DNA of 64,000 bases from Patescibacteria group bacterium (GCA_041662625.1 JBAZSB010000001.1:617385-681384), one strand, 5' to 3'; shown: positions 36,950-46,146, counted from the first letter of the stretch. Numbers and translations: made by a program. Notes: generated by a model not told the origin, from the letters alone.

Positions 36950-37549
36950 CTACTGAGTGGTATCGATATTAGTGTTGGTATTGGTATCAGCGGCATCAGG
37001 AGTTTTATTCGTCAAATAATCATTAATTGCCTGTACTACCCGTGAGTCGTCTTTCAGGCCTTCGATAATAACGACGTGCTCGCGATTGATCATCATACTA
37101 TCTTTTGGGCCGTGGATTTCGCTGCCCAATTTAATCAAAGTTAATCTTTGTTCAGGTTGAGTCTGAACGTCTGAAGGCTGAGCAATAGTATTTGACGAAG
37201 TGACTACCTGAAGATAATAAATCTCTTTCAAAACAAGATAATCTTTATTTTGTTCGGCAATTTTGCCAAAATAAACTTGGCCGTTGGTCAAAAAAACTGC
37301 CTGCCAGCCTTCAGTTGAGATTGCTTCACCTGGTAAAGGCAAAAAATCAAGACTAACCACCCCGGCATAACCAGCGATCAGATAAAGACCGCCGCCAATA
37401 ATCACTAAGATAACAATTAAAGTAACCAATCCTTTGACCCAGGAACCACCATCACTATTTCTTTTTTTATCACCACCACCGACTGAACTGGGAATGCTGG
37501 TTTGAGGCCGCATCGGATTAGTAGACTTAATTGGCATCGGATAAGCCAT
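36950..37549 (-). CDS. membrane-anchored protein of unknown function
   Basis: 199 aa; N-terminal basic/Gly region, one TM (LVTLIVILVIIGGGLYLIAGYAG), extracytoplasmic domain, acidic Thr/Asn tail. Confidence 0.45.
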   Translation of the reverse strand: MAYPMPIKSTNPMRPQTSIPSSVGGGDKKRNSDGGSWVKGLVTLIVILVIIGGGLYLIAGYAGVVSLDFLPLPGEAISTEGWQAVFLTNGQVYFGKIAEQNKDYLVLKEIYYLQVVTSSNTIAQPSDVQTQPEQRLTLIKLGSEIHGPKDSMMINREHVVIIEGLKDDSRVVQAINDYLTNKTPDAADTNTNTNIDTTQ

Positions 37550-37639
37550 AAAACCTCCTTAAGTAACTGAGTCTTTTAGACTCTTAGTCAACTAAAGATA
37601 ATTATTTATTAATATAAAATTATGTATCTTTTAATTCTC

Positions 37640-38743
37640 CTAGGCGAGATCCTCATTTTCATGATCAAGCCGGGCTTTAATTTTTGGCAATTCTGACTTT
37701 TTGACAAAATCTTGAACTATTACCCCAATGGCGGTTGCTACCGGGATTGCCAAAATTAACCCAATTATACCAGCAAGACGAAAACCAATCAACATCACAA
37801 TAATAATTACCACCGGATTAAGGCCAACTTTTTTCTGCATTACTTTTGGCACCAAAAACTTCTCTTCCACTTGTTGAACGGCCACATAAAAAAGTAAAAT
37901 CATTATCCCCCGGCTCAGAGAAAAAGATGGCACCACAAAACCCAAAAAAACTGCAGGAACCGCCCCTAAAACCGGACCCAGGTATGGAACAAATTCGGTA
38001 ATTGCCGCCACCAAAGCCAAAACTAAAGCATAACGCGGTAAAAGGATAATCAAACCAACAAAAGAAAGAAGGCCAACAATCAAACCCAAGATGAGTTGGC
38101 CGGCTGCCCAAGCCGTAATCTTTTTTTGGATACTATGGAATAAATCAGTCAAATAATCATGATATTGAGCCGGAGCAATTACCTTAAATAATTTATTGAT
38201 TGCATCCTTTTCAATCACCAGATAAAAAACAATGATCAGAACGAGGAAAAAATTCACGATACTCTGAAAAATCGAACGAATAAGCGAATAAACTCCACCG
38301 GCGGCGTTCTCTAATCCCGATTGTAAACTTTTCAGACCACCCTGAATATTATCCATCAGGCCCTTCTCTTCTGAATATTGACGCAGACTATTAAAATTTT
38401 CGACAATCTTGCTCCAAAGATCGGGAAAATTTCTGGTTAAAATTCCAACCTGTTCGGCAATTGGCGGAATAATTAATCTCGCCACGATAAATAAAAATAC
38501 AAATAGGATTAGATAAATAAAAAGAATCAACAAAGCCCGCGGTATCTTTCTTTTAATAATACTTACCGACCAGCTTTCCAAGGCATCAACCAGGGGTTCG
38601 AGGACAATAGCGAGAATCACCGAAATAACAACCAGCAAAATGATATCGCGGATAAAATAAACAAAAGCTAAAAATAAAACAATCCCAACAATTTTCAAAA
38701 CCGTACCCGTAGAAATATTGATGGTTAGATTTCTGTTTTCCAT
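37640..38743 (-). CDS. AI-2E family transporter (UPF0118 / PerM / TqsA-like)
   Basis: 367 aa, 8 TM; conserved FVPYLGPVLGAVPAVFLGF block. Confidence 0.8.
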   Translation of the reverse strand: MENRNLTINISTGTVLKIVGIVLFLAFVYFIRDIILLVVISVILAIVLEPLVDALESWSVSIIKRKIPRALLILFIYLILFVFLFIVARLIIPPIAEQVGILTRNFPDLWSKIVENFNSLRQYSEEKGLMDNIQGGLKSLQSGLENAAGGVYSLIRSIFQSIVNFFLVLIIVFYLVIEKDAINKLFKVIAPAQYHDYLTDLFHSIQKKITAWAAGQLILGLIVGLLSFVGLIILLPRYALVLALVAAITEFVPYLGPVLGAVPAVFLGFVVPSFSLSRGIMILLFYVAVQQVEEKFLVPKVMQKKVGLNPVVIIIVMLIGFRLAGIIGLILAIPVATAIGVIVQDFVKKSELPKIKARLDHENEDLA

Positions 38744-38898
38744 AATAATGCAATAATGATTGGCTTCTTTCCTTGTTTAAATTATACTAAATAGGCACTC
38801 CAGTGTCAATCAAAAAGATATGCTATACTAAATGTATAATTCACTAAGAACTATCAAACTGGGAGCTAAAAAGACAAATCAAATATTACTATTAGATT

Positions 38899-39351
38899 AT
38901 GCCCACTATTACTACAAATAAAAAAGCTCTCCATGACTTCCAGGTGTTAGAAAAGCTTGAAGCCGGAATTATTTTGACCGGCCCAGAAGTTAAATCAGTT
39001 AAGGCAGGTCAAATCAATCTAAAAGGTGGCTATATTAGTATCGATAACAAAAGCCAGGTTTGGTTAACCGGCGTTCATATCGCCCATTACAAGCCAGCCA
39101 GTGCCATTCAGACTAACTATAACCCCAGCCGAACCAGAAAACTCCTGCTCAATAAAAAAGAGATTAATTACCTCCGGGGTAAGGAAAAGGAAAGAGGCTT
39201 GACAATTTTACCAATTTCTGTGTATACTAAAGGCAATCTAATTAAGCTGGAAGTTGGCTTAGTCAGAGGTAAAAAGCAGTATGACAAGCGCCAGACCATA
39301 AAAAAACGGGAGATCGACCGCGAGATCAGGCGCCATATAAAACGCAAATAG
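38899..39351 (+). CDS. smpB: SsrA-binding protein SmpB
   Basis: 150 aa; KALHDFQVLEKLEAGIILTGPEVKSVKAGQINLKGGYISI...RKLLLNKKEINYL...GLTILPISVY; basic C-tail. Confidence 0.9.
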   Translation: MPTITTNKKALHDFQVLEKLEAGIILTGPEVKSVKAGQINLKGGYISIDNKSQVWLTGVHIAHYKPASAIQTNYNPSRTRKLLLNKKEINYLRGKEKERGLTILPISVYTKGNLIKLEVGLVRGKKQYDKRQTIKKREIDREIRRHIKRK

Positions 39352-39413
39352 CAAATCGCTTATTGCTAATCGTAAAATGATTTGCTATTGGCGATTGGCG
39401 ATTTGCCAAATAC

Positions 39414-39802
39414 GGGGATGTCTAAAATCGATAGGATCTAGATTTAAAGTCCTCAGGTCGAGCATTGGTCTACTTGGCTCGCTAATCTCAATGACCAAAC
39501 AAATAAGTGCCAAATCACTTGTCGCTAAGGTAAAAAGTGCTTTCAGCTCTTTAGCCTTAGCTCCCGCTTTGGCCTAAAAACCCAGAGCCATCAGCCCGGT
39601 GATGCCTAATAGCCGGTCCCTGGTGTCAATAATTAGGCTGCCGCAAGTTAATGCCTCATTGATTTGCATAAGCACTTGAGGCTTTGGCTTTTGGGGTTTT
39701 GTCAGTTTTTGACCCAAAGGCCGAAAATAAAAATTGACTAAACCTGTAAAACTATTTTGAATCTAATTCTAGACAGGGGTGCAAATCCCCTCATCTCCAC
39801 CA
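39414..39802 (+). ncRNA. ssrA: tmRNA (ssrA)
   Basis: 5' GGGGATG... pairs with 3' ...CATCTCC-A-CCA giving G3:U70 (Ala identity); T-arm GGGG-TGCAAAT-CCCC; internal tag frame ...AFSSLALAPALA-TAA ending 39577; immediately downstream of smpB. Confidence 0.8.
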
Positions 39803-39807
39803 CTCGA

Positions 39808-39862
39808 CTCGTCCCGATTTATCGGGACTCGCTCGTGGTGCCTCGAATTTGGCAAGAGGCAC
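39808..39862 (+). other. two hairpins in the tmRNA 3' trailer (GTCCCG-atttat-CGGGAC; GTGCCTC-gaatttggcaa-GAGGCAC)
   Basis: Perfect 6-bp and 7-bp stems; no U-tract, so possibly processing/stability elements. Confidence 0.45.
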
Positions 39863-39904
39863 TAAGTAAAAACATTTAACAGTTAATTATTAACTTATAA
39901 GGCA

Positions 39905-40456
39905 TTGAGAATTTCAAGAAGACGACCAAATTACAAGGCCAGCCAATTTAAAAAACACCGGATTAACCAATTTATTCGGGTGCCACAGGTTAGGTTAATC
40001 GACGAGACCGGCCAAAATTTTGGCGTGGTCAGCACCAGTGAAGCTTTGGCAATGGCACAAGAAAAAGGCTTAGATTTAGTGGAAGTCTCCCCTCTCGCCC
40101 AGCCACCGGTTGCTAAAATCGTTGATTACAGCAAACTTAAATATCAGGAAGAAAAAGAACGGCGCAAAGAAAAAGCTAAGCAGAAAAAAATTGAAGTGAA
40201 AGGAATTAGATTGTCACTGAGAATTAGTGAACACGACAAGGACACCAAAGCCAAACAAGCGGAAAAATTTTTAAACCAGGACGATAAAATAAAAATTGAG
40301 ATAATCCTTAAAGGCCGGGAACGCCAGCATGCTGATTTAGCCCGCGAAATCATCAACAAATTTATCAGCTCAATTAACGGGTTAATCCCAATCAATATTG
40401 AACAACCGTTAAATATCCAGGGTGGCAAATTATCGGCACTGATCGCTAAAAAATAG
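39905..40456 (+). CDS. infC: translation initiation factor IF-3
   Basis: 183 aa; VRLIDETGQNFGVVSTSEALAMAQEKGLDLVEVSP...KIVDYSKLKYQ; non-ATG start (TTG/ATT region), as is common for infC. Confidence 0.9.
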   Translation: MRISRRRPNYKASQFKKHRINQFIRVPQVRLIDETGQNFGVVSTSEALAMAQEKGLDLVEVSPLAQPPVAKIVDYSKLKYQEEKERRKEKAKQKKIEVKGIRLSLRISEHDKDTKAKQAEKFLNQDDKIKIEIILKGRERQHADLAREIINKFISSINGLIPINIEQPLNIQGGKLSALIAKK

Positions 40457-40584
40457 TTAGCTAAGATCAAACCAGCCTATCGCTGTTTTTTAATTTAAGG
40501 GATAAAGCGATAGAGCGATATAGTCAATAAAGTTCTTTTACCTTATCGCTTTATCAACTATATTAACTCTATTAACTTAAAATT

Positions 40585-40788
40585 ATGAAACTAAAAACTC
40601 ACAAATCAACGGCAAAAAAAATTAAAATCACTGGGGGCAAAAGAAAAAAAAAATTATTCACCAAACATTCTGGTCAGGATCATTTTAATGCCCGCGAATC
40701 CGGAAATATGACCCGCCACAAACGGAAAAATATTGCCGTGTCTAAAGTTGATGAAAGAAATATTAAACGTTTATTACCTTATTCATAA
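40585..40788 (+). CDS. rpmI: 50S ribosomal protein L35
   Basis: 67 aa, MKLKTHKSTAKKIKITGGKRKKKLF...; basic. Confidence 0.85.
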   Translation: MKLKTHKSTAKKIKITGGKRKKKLFTKHSGQDHFNARESGNMTRHKRKNIAVSKVDERNIKRLLPYS

Positions 40789-40826
40789 AGTTAATTGCTA
40801 AAGGTTAACTGTCAATTGTTAAATTT

Positions 40827-41174
40827 ATGCCACGAGTAAAAAGAGGAAAAACTCACGTTGCCAAACGGAAAAGACTTTTTCAAAAAACTAAAGGCTATCG
40901 CTGGGGCCGCAAAAACACCATTCGCTTAGCCAAAACCGCAATCAACAAAGCCGGTGTCCATGCTTATACTGGCCGCAAAAAGAAAAAAAGAGTCAACCGG
41001 GCTTTATGGCAGATTCAAATCAACGCCGGCACCCGCCAGTACGATTTAAGCTATTCCAAATTCATCCATCTGCTCAAAAAGAACAAAATCGACCTGGACC
41101 GCAAAGTCTTAGCCGAACTTGCCGGCAAGCAACCGAAAGTTTTTGCCAAAATCATTTCTGAAGTAAAAAAATAA
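40827..41174 (+). CDS. rplT: 50S ribosomal protein L20
   Basis: MPRVKRGKTHVAKRKRLFQKTKGYRWGRKN...; infC-rpmI-rplT operon order. Confidence 0.9.
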   Translation: MPRVKRGKTHVAKRKRLFQKTKGYRWGRKNTIRLAKTAINKAGVHAYTGRKKKKRVNRALWQIQINAGTRQYDLSYSKFIHLLKKNKIDLDRKVLAELAGKQPKVFAKIISEVKK

Positions 41175-41197
41175 ATTACAATAAAAAATTCCACAGC

Positions 41198-41244
41198 GGA
41201 GGCGTACCCGCCCGCTTCGCGTTCGGGCAAGGCTCAGTTGGTTA
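41198..41244 (+). pseudogene. tRNA-Asp 5' fragment (acceptor 5' strand + D-loop) interrupted by a GC hairpin insertion
   Basis: GGAGGCGTA [cccgcccgcttcgcgttcgggcaag] GCTCAGTTGGTTA then diverges; preceded by ttccacagc, which is the reverse complement of gctgtggaa at 41686-41694. Confidence 0.6.
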
Positions 41245-41271
41245 TCTCTTTAAAAAAATAAAGTGCAAAAC

Positions 41272-41345
41272 GGAGGCGTAGCTCAGTTGGTTAGAGCGTC
41301 TGCCTGTCACGCAGAAGGTCGTGGGTTCGAGCCCCATCGTCTCCG
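41272..41345 (+). tRNA. tRNA-Asp (anticodon GTC)
   Basis: GGAGGCGTAGCTCAGTTGGTTAGAGCGTCTGCCTGTCACGCAGAAGGTCGTGGGTTCGAGCCCCATCGTCTCCG; flanked by aaagtgcaaaa / ctttgcacttt inverted extension; no CCA. Confidence 0.85.
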
Positions 41346-41395
41346 CTTTGCACTTTATTTTTTATTATCCAAAAGCCAATTATAAAATTAGGGGG

Positions 41396-41510
41396 GTCAC
41401 GCAGATTTACCCGCCGTAGCGCAAGCATAGGCGGGAGGTCGTGGGTTCTGCGCCACCTTAATTAATAAAAAAGGCGCACCAGCCTCTGGCTGGGAGCCCC
41501 ATCGTCTCCG
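41396..41510 (+). pseudogene. tRNA-Asp 3'-half copy with two GC-hairpin insertions (after anticodon stem and in T-loop)
   Basis: GTCACGCAGA [tttaCCCGCCgtagcgcaagcataGGCGGG] AGGTCGTGGGTTC [TGCGCCaccttaattaataaaaaaGGCGCAccagcctctggctgg] GAGCCCCATCGTCTCCG + ctttgcactttatttttt. Confidence 0.6.
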
Positions 41511-41542
41511 CTTTGCACTTTATTTTTTATTATCCAAAAATC

Positions 41543-41685
41543 GAGGGTTCGCCTGCCCCGCCCTAAGTCTTTAACCAAAAGACTAAATACTCATTTAAAG
41601 TAAGGCGTCAGCCGTTTCCGAGAGATTAAGTTAGAATACTAAATTTACTCTTTCGGACTTAGGGCGGGGAGCCCCATCGTCTCCG
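41543..41685 (+). pseudogene. tRNA-Asp T-arm/acceptor 3' copy with a ~110-nt insertion bounded by 14-bp inverted repeats (MITE-like)
   Basis: GAGGGTTCG cctg [CCCCGCCCTAAGTC ... GACTTAGGGCGGGG] AGCCCCATCGTCTCCG ctgtggaa. Confidence 0.6.
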
Positions 41686-41877
41686 CTGTGGAATTTTTTT
41701 TGTTAGCCAAAAGCGTCTGCCTGCCTGCACCGCCATTACTATCAACCCAGCCACCCCAAAAGGGCGGTTTTTAGTTAATCCCGATATGTATTTACTACGC
41801 CCTGGAAGCCACTTGACAAAAAATGCTATTCCATTATACTAAATAATACCACCTAAATAATAATTGAATATTGGAAT

Positions 41878-42237
41878 ATGGCAAAAGCACACATAACCAC
41901 CGAGAATGGCGTAAAAATAACAATTGAGGGAACGCCAGAGGAAGTAAGCACCTTAATGAAAAAAATGAAAACCGGCCGCTCAAAACAGAACTATTTTAGC
42001 GCGGCAAAACGAATTTCAAAAAACCGGGCAAAGGCAACCCCCATGAATTTAATTGATGGACTTATAGATGGTGGTTTTTTTAAAAAACCTCAGGAACTTA
42101 GTGCAATAAAAATTGCTTTGCAAGAACAAGGTCATAATTATCCGGTAAATCGCCTTTCCCCTGCCCTAATACGTCTAGTACGAAAAGGGCAATTAAAAAG
42201 AAAAAAAGATAAGAAGCTGTGGCTATATACCAACTAA
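41878..42237 (+). CDS. small basic winged-helix protein, paralog 1 of 5
   Basis: C-terminal module LIDGLIDGGFFKKPQELSAIKIALQEQGHNYPVNRLSPALIRLVRKGQLKRKKDKKLWLY shared by the next four genes. Confidence 0.55.
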   Translation: MAKAHITTENGVKITIEGTPEEVSTLMKKMKTGRSKQNYFSAAKRISKNRAKATPMNLIDGLIDGGFFKKPQELSAIKIALQEQGHNYPVNRLSPALIRLVRKGQLKRKKDKKLWLYTN

Positions 42238-42259
42238 TTAAAATTATATTTAAAATTTT

Positions 42260-42583
42260 ATGGCTTCAAATGAATCACAAAATAAAAAAATAATAATTAG
42301 ATTAGAGAAACTCGAAGCGGTTGTATTCGGAGACGGTAAGACATCAAAAAAAATAAAAAAGGATTCATCGTTTAGGGGACCAAAGGGTGGATGTCAATTA
42401 ATTTTGTCCAAGGGATTTTTTAATAAAAAGAGAGCTGTTGATGAAACAAAGAAGGAATTAGAAAAATATGATTATTATTATTCACGAGATGCCATTCAAA
42501 CAGCTCTTAATCGGATGTCTAAAAATAACGGGCTATTAGTTTCTCTCAAGGGTAAACCAAAAATGTATGTCAAAAGAAAGTAG
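42260..42583 (+). CDS. small basic winged-helix protein, paralog 2 of 5
   Basis: N-terminus IIIRLEKLEAVVFGDGK paralogous to paralog 4; C-terminus LILSKGFFNKK...AIQTALNRMSKNNGLLVSLKGKPKMYVKRK. Confidence 0.55.
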   Translation: MASNESQNKKIIIRLEKLEAVVFGDGKTSKKIKKDSSFRGPKGGCQLILSKGFFNKKRAVDETKKELEKYDYYYSRDAIQTALNRMSKNNGLLVSLKGKPKMYVKRK

Positions 42584-42836
42584 TAAAATTGCGAAAAGTG
42601 CACCTGATAGTTTAAAACTTTTATGGTCAAGAGGATTTTTCAAGTCCTGGAAAAATTATGGTCAAATTACTAAAAGTTTATCTAATAATGGCTATAATTT
42701 TACTACCTCCGGACTAAGTATGGCATTAGAACGTGCCAAGCATCTAACTAGGCGGGGCAAACGGGGCAATTACGAATACATTCAAAAATATCCTTTTGTT
42801 AAAGAAGGAGGTGAAAAGTCGAAAAATCATAAATAA
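42567..42836 (+). CDS. small basic winged-helix protein, paralog 3 of 5
   Basis: LLWSRGFFKSWKNYGQITKSL...LSMALERAKHLTRRGKRGNYEYIQ; overlaps previous gene by 17 nt. Confidence 0.5.
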   Translation: MSKESSKIAKSAPDSLKLLWSRGFFKSWKNYGQITKSLSNNGYNFTTSGLSMALERAKHLTRRGKRGNYEYIQKYPFVKEGGEKSKNHK

Positions 42837-42841
42837 CTACT

Positions 42842-43153
42842 ATGGACAAAACTACAAAAAATTTATTAATACGTGTTGAGAAACTTGAAAATGCAGTTTT
42901 CGGTACTAAGAAAAAAATAAAAACTGCTACGGGCGATGAGAAAAGCCTATCGAATCATATTATCGGATTGCGCGATCGCAGTACTTTTAGACAGCCGCTA
43001 ACGCCAAAAGAAATTCATGAAAAACTGGAATCCACCTATCCTTGTGACCTCAGTCGGGTCAAAGTAGAATTAATCCGACTTCAAAAGCGAAGGCAACTTA
43101 GAAAAACTTCAAAATTAATCGGGAAAAAGAGATACGTAGCATATGTCTGGTAA
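42842..43153 (+). CDS. small basic winged-helix protein, paralog 4 of 5
   Basis: LLIRVEKLENAVFGTKKK ... LSRVKVELIRLQKRRQLRKTSKLIGKKRYVAYVW. Confidence 0.55.
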   Translation: MDKTTKNLLIRVEKLENAVFGTKKKIKTATGDEKSLSNHIIGLRDRSTFRQPLTPKEIHEKLESTYPCDLSRVKVELIRLQKRRQLRKTSKLIGKKRYVAYVW

Positions 43154-43889
43154 CTCTCTCAAGAAAAAAGCCCGCGATCTTATCATCGACTCGAAGAGCC
43201 GCTATGTACTGATACAAAAACTTATTATCGGAGGATTTTTTGATTCACCAGTTTCAAGCGAGCGAACAGTTTTGGCTATAAAAGAAAAATTTGGTAAGCA
43301 ATGGAAAACCAATTATGTGCAGACATATATGCAAAAATTCATGTCGGCCGGCATTATTCACGCCATAAAGCCCAAAGGACAAAAATGTAATTATTGGGTT
43401 CTCGTAAACGTGACAAGGGAAATGGCCCTACGAGAAATTGGCAAGAGTATAAAAGTACAGGAAATCCAAGAAGAACTTTTCTCCAAAGCACTCGTGAATC
43501 GCTTACAAAAAAATTTCGGCCAGGACTTAGATGAATTACGTGAAAATTTTGGCAGAAATGGAAATTCGACGGCATTCTTATTGAGAAAAATTCTTGAAAA
43601 ATTGATTATTATTGTCTTTGCTAAGAATGGTAAGGAAAAACTTCTTGAAGATAAAAATCGGCCAGGTGGATGGGTTGGCTTAAAAGAAATGATTGAAATA
43701 GCAACCCGAGAAAAATTGAATGGTATTTCATTTTTAACAGCTAAAACGGGAAATGAAATAAGAGGGCTCAAATTTCTTGGTGATACCGCTGCACATAATC
43801 CTCTAGTAGATGTGCAAATGAGCACCATTGTTCCCCAGATGCCATTTATTATTACAGCATATGAAGAGCTCGCGAAAAGACTTCGATAA
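43143..43889 (+). CDS. winged-helix paralog 5 fused to a C-terminal alpha-helical domain, possibly DUF4145/HEPN-like
   Basis: N-terminus LIQKLIIGGFFDSPVSSERTVLAIKEKFGKQW...; C-terminus ...LRKILEKLIIIVFAK...EIRGLKFLGDTAAHNPLVDV...AYEELAKRL ([RK]xxG[ND]xxAH-type motif). Confidence 0.5.
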   Translation: MSGNSLKKKARDLIIDSKSRYVLIQKLIIGGFFDSPVSSERTVLAIKEKFGKQWKTNYVQTYMQKFMSAGIIHAIKPKGQKCNYWVLVNVTREMALREIGKSIKVQEIQEELFSKALVNRLQKNFGQDLDELRENFGRNGNSTAFLLRKILEKLIIIVFAKNGKEKLLEDKNRPGGWVGLKEMIEIATREKLNGISFLTAKTGNEIRGLKFLGDTAAHNPLVDVQMSTIVPQMPFIITAYEELAKRLR

Positions 43890-44004
43890 AGCAACCCCCA
43901 CTTCCTATCCGCCCGCCCCAAATCCATCCTAATTTTCAAAAAAGAAAAATCGCCTCTCGACTTCCCCTTCTAAATACTTAACGTCGCTCGAGGCGGTTTT
44001 TTGG

Positions 44005-44040
44005 AATAAAAAAGAGACCCATGACGAAACCACAGGTCTT
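44005..44040 (-). terminator. intrinsic terminator for the 44066-44740 gene
   Basis: Minus strand AGACCtgtggtttcgtcatGGGTCTcttttttatt. Confidence 0.65.
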
Positions 44041-44065
44041 ATTAGTGATGCTAGCCCGACTTATT

Positions 44066-44740
44066 TCAGTCCGGACAGCACATCGGGAACGTTTGCCCCG
44101 GAAAGTGTTCCTCGTTCCAGGACCAGCCCCCTGCTTCCTCCTTGCCTAAAACCTCAGGCGGTTTTTCGCAATTCCATTTGGTGCGTGCCTGCTCGCGATC
44201 ACCCATAATGGTAATACAAGTTGCATCGGAACAGTAGAAACAGCCAACTTCGTCGCCTGGTATAGCTATTTCCTCAATTCCAATACTGCCACATGCAGGA
44301 CAGTAACCATAGCGATCGTCCTGGAACCACTCGTCTTCCCGAACGACCTTGTCCGACCCGACGGTCCGCGGAAAAGGCAACATCGCCGTCACTTGCCTCA
44401 GTATTTCTTGCATTTCGTCGGGCGTCAAGCCCCGTTTTTCGACCGAAACATCGCCCCAACGATAGATTCGACTACTGGACCAGGTGATGATCTTAATCGC
44501 CGGATTTTTCGCCCTGATCGCCTGGGCAATTTTGGCGCCATCGTTTCCTGAACTATCCCCCAGCGTGAGGTTACCATCGACTATCGCAACATGGATCTTC
44601 AGGGAATCCAATTGATCCACGATTGCCAATGCTGCCTCCAATGTTTCCGCTTCGGTAACGGAGTGACCTGCCCCTTCCAGCCCCCGCTTTACGATTCTGC
44701 GGCCGCTGGGTCTGTCTTCGACCAAAAATACATTCGCCAC
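44066..44740 (-). CDS. GC-rich response-regulator receiver (REC) domain protein with C-terminal Cys-rich zinc-ribbon-like domain; likely horizontally acquired
   Basis: SD GAGGAGG then GTG; VFLVEDRPSGRRIVKRGLEGAGHSVTEAETLEAALAIV...IHVAIVDGNL...KIITWSS (CheY-like D/D/K); C-terminus CPACG...CFYCSDATC...WNCEKPP...PMCCPD; GC-rich relative to the flanks. Confidence 0.6.
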   Translation of the reverse strand: MANVFLVEDRPSGRRIVKRGLEGAGHSVTEAETLEAALAIVDQLDSLKIHVAIVDGNLTLGDSSGNDGAKIAQAIRAKNPAIKIITWSSSRIYRWGDVSVEKRGLTPDEMQEILRQVTAMLPFPRTVGSDKVVREDEWFQDDRYGYCPACGSIGIEEIAIPGDEVGCFYCSDATCITIMGDREQARTKWNCEKPPEVLGKEEAGGWSWNEEHFPGQTFPMCCPD

Positions 44741-45007
44741 TTCTCGTTCCTCCTCTCGTTGTAACTATCCTGTAATTACGAAAAGTCTGCCCTAATTTCG
44801 CCCAACAAAGGCGAAACCGACCCATCAATAAGAATAGGAATTCAATAAAAAATTACTACTTTAATGATAGTTTGTCAATTCAATGCCAAACTAGACGATT
44901 TCTGTCTACCTGCCCTGGCCTGCCGGCAGGCAGGCTTCTTGGCTCGCCATCTGGCGGCTAGTGGGGTATACTTAATATATAAGCGTATTACCGATTAAAT
45001 TGAATCT

Positions 45008-45313
45008 ATGCCGATTAAACAATTACATATTGTAGAAAAGATAAAATTTATTGTCTCTAGTAGTATAAGAACAAAAAAACAAATACTAGACGAGGTAGAA
45101 GAAGATGCTCAAGAACATCACCTGCTTAATCAAATGCAGGAAAAAGAAGACGATGCCAAAGTTGACCACGCCCAAAAGGAATTACAAGAAGAAAATGAGA
45201 TAGCAGACGGTACATATTCACGCATATTCCAGGCATTAGTAATAAGCATTTTTATTAATTTTATTTTTTTAGTAGCTTTTGCTATTCTTTGGTATTTTCT
45301 TATTTACAGATAG
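45008..45313 (+). CDS. small protein with acidic N-region and C-terminal TM
   Basis: 101 aa; ...ALVISIFINFIFLVAFAILWYFLIYR. Confidence 0.35.
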   Translation: MPIKQLHIVEKIKFIVSSSIRTKKQILDEVEEDAQEHHLLNQMQEKEDDAKVDHAQKELQEENEIADGTYSRIFQALVISIFINFIFLVAFAILWYFLIYR

Positions 45314-45328
45314 ATAGAAATAATTACT

Positions 45329-46078
45329 ATGGTCAAAAAAATAAAAAAATCTCATTTATTGTCACTTTTGGTAATTCTTTTTTTATTGCTGGCCTGGATT
45401 GTTTTTGAATTGTCGCTTGAAGATCCCAAAGGAAAAGTGAATGTGGTTAAAAAAGTTTACTACCAGGCCGTGCGCATTATTATACCGATTAAACCAGCAA
45501 TTAAGCTGGCAGTCCCCTACCACCGCCAGGAGCATGCTCTCTCATGTGAAGTTGCATCTTTACTAATGGCCTTGAAATATCGAGGGGTTAATGCCACAGA
45601 AAGTGAATTAATCCAGCAGCTGCCAATATCTGACCCAGCCCCACGGAGTAAAAATAACACCTGGGGTGATCCTAATTTAGGCTTCGTCGGTAATATTGAT
45701 GGCCGAATGCCCAATACTGGCTACGGCGTTTACGAACAACCGATTTATGATTTAGCTGCCAAATACCGAGAGGCTAAAATTATTACCAATGGAACACTGA
45801 CTGACTTAACGACGGAATTAGGCAACAATAATCCAATTGTCGTTTGGGGAGTAGTGGTTGGCAGAAGCAAAGATATCTCCTGGAAAACGCCGGAAGGAAA
45901 AATTATTATTGCTCAGCTCGATGAACACGCCCGGACTTTAATTGGTTTTACTGGCCAATCAGATAATCCGGAGTTAATGATCCTTTTAGATCCTCTTTAT
46001 GGCGAAGTAAGATTGAAAGTTGCAGATTTCTTAAAAAATTGGGATTTGCTTGAAAAAAAAGCCGTGGTTATTTACTAA
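45329..46078 (+). CDS. YvpB-like peptidase C39-family (C39_2) protein, membrane-anchored
   Basis: N-terminal TM; VPYHRQEHALSCEVASLLMALKY (Gln/Cys region of C39-like fold), ...ARTLIGF (His region). Confidence 0.55.
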   Translation: MVKKIKKSHLLSLLVILFLLLAWIVFELSLEDPKGKVNVVKKVYYQAVRIIIPIKPAIKLAVPYHRQEHALSCEVASLLMALKYRGVNATESELIQQLPISDPAPRSKNNTWGDPNLGFVGNIDGRMPNTGYGVYEQPIYDLAAKYREAKIITNGTLTDLTTELGNNNPIVVWGVVVGRSKDISWKTPEGKIIIAQLDEHARTLIGFTGQSDNPELMILLDPLYGEVRLKVADFLKNWDLLEKKAVVIY

Positions 46079-46146
46079 TTATTCCCAATTACTAAATCGG
46101 GGGCAGACAACAGACAGGTCATCATTTTCGTCCTTATCATTAAATC

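Noticed and set aside
39377-39577. 66-aa ORF MICYWRLAICQ...SSLALAPALA
   Set aside because: It is the tmRNA tag reading frame extended upstream by the ORF caller, not an independent protein gene.
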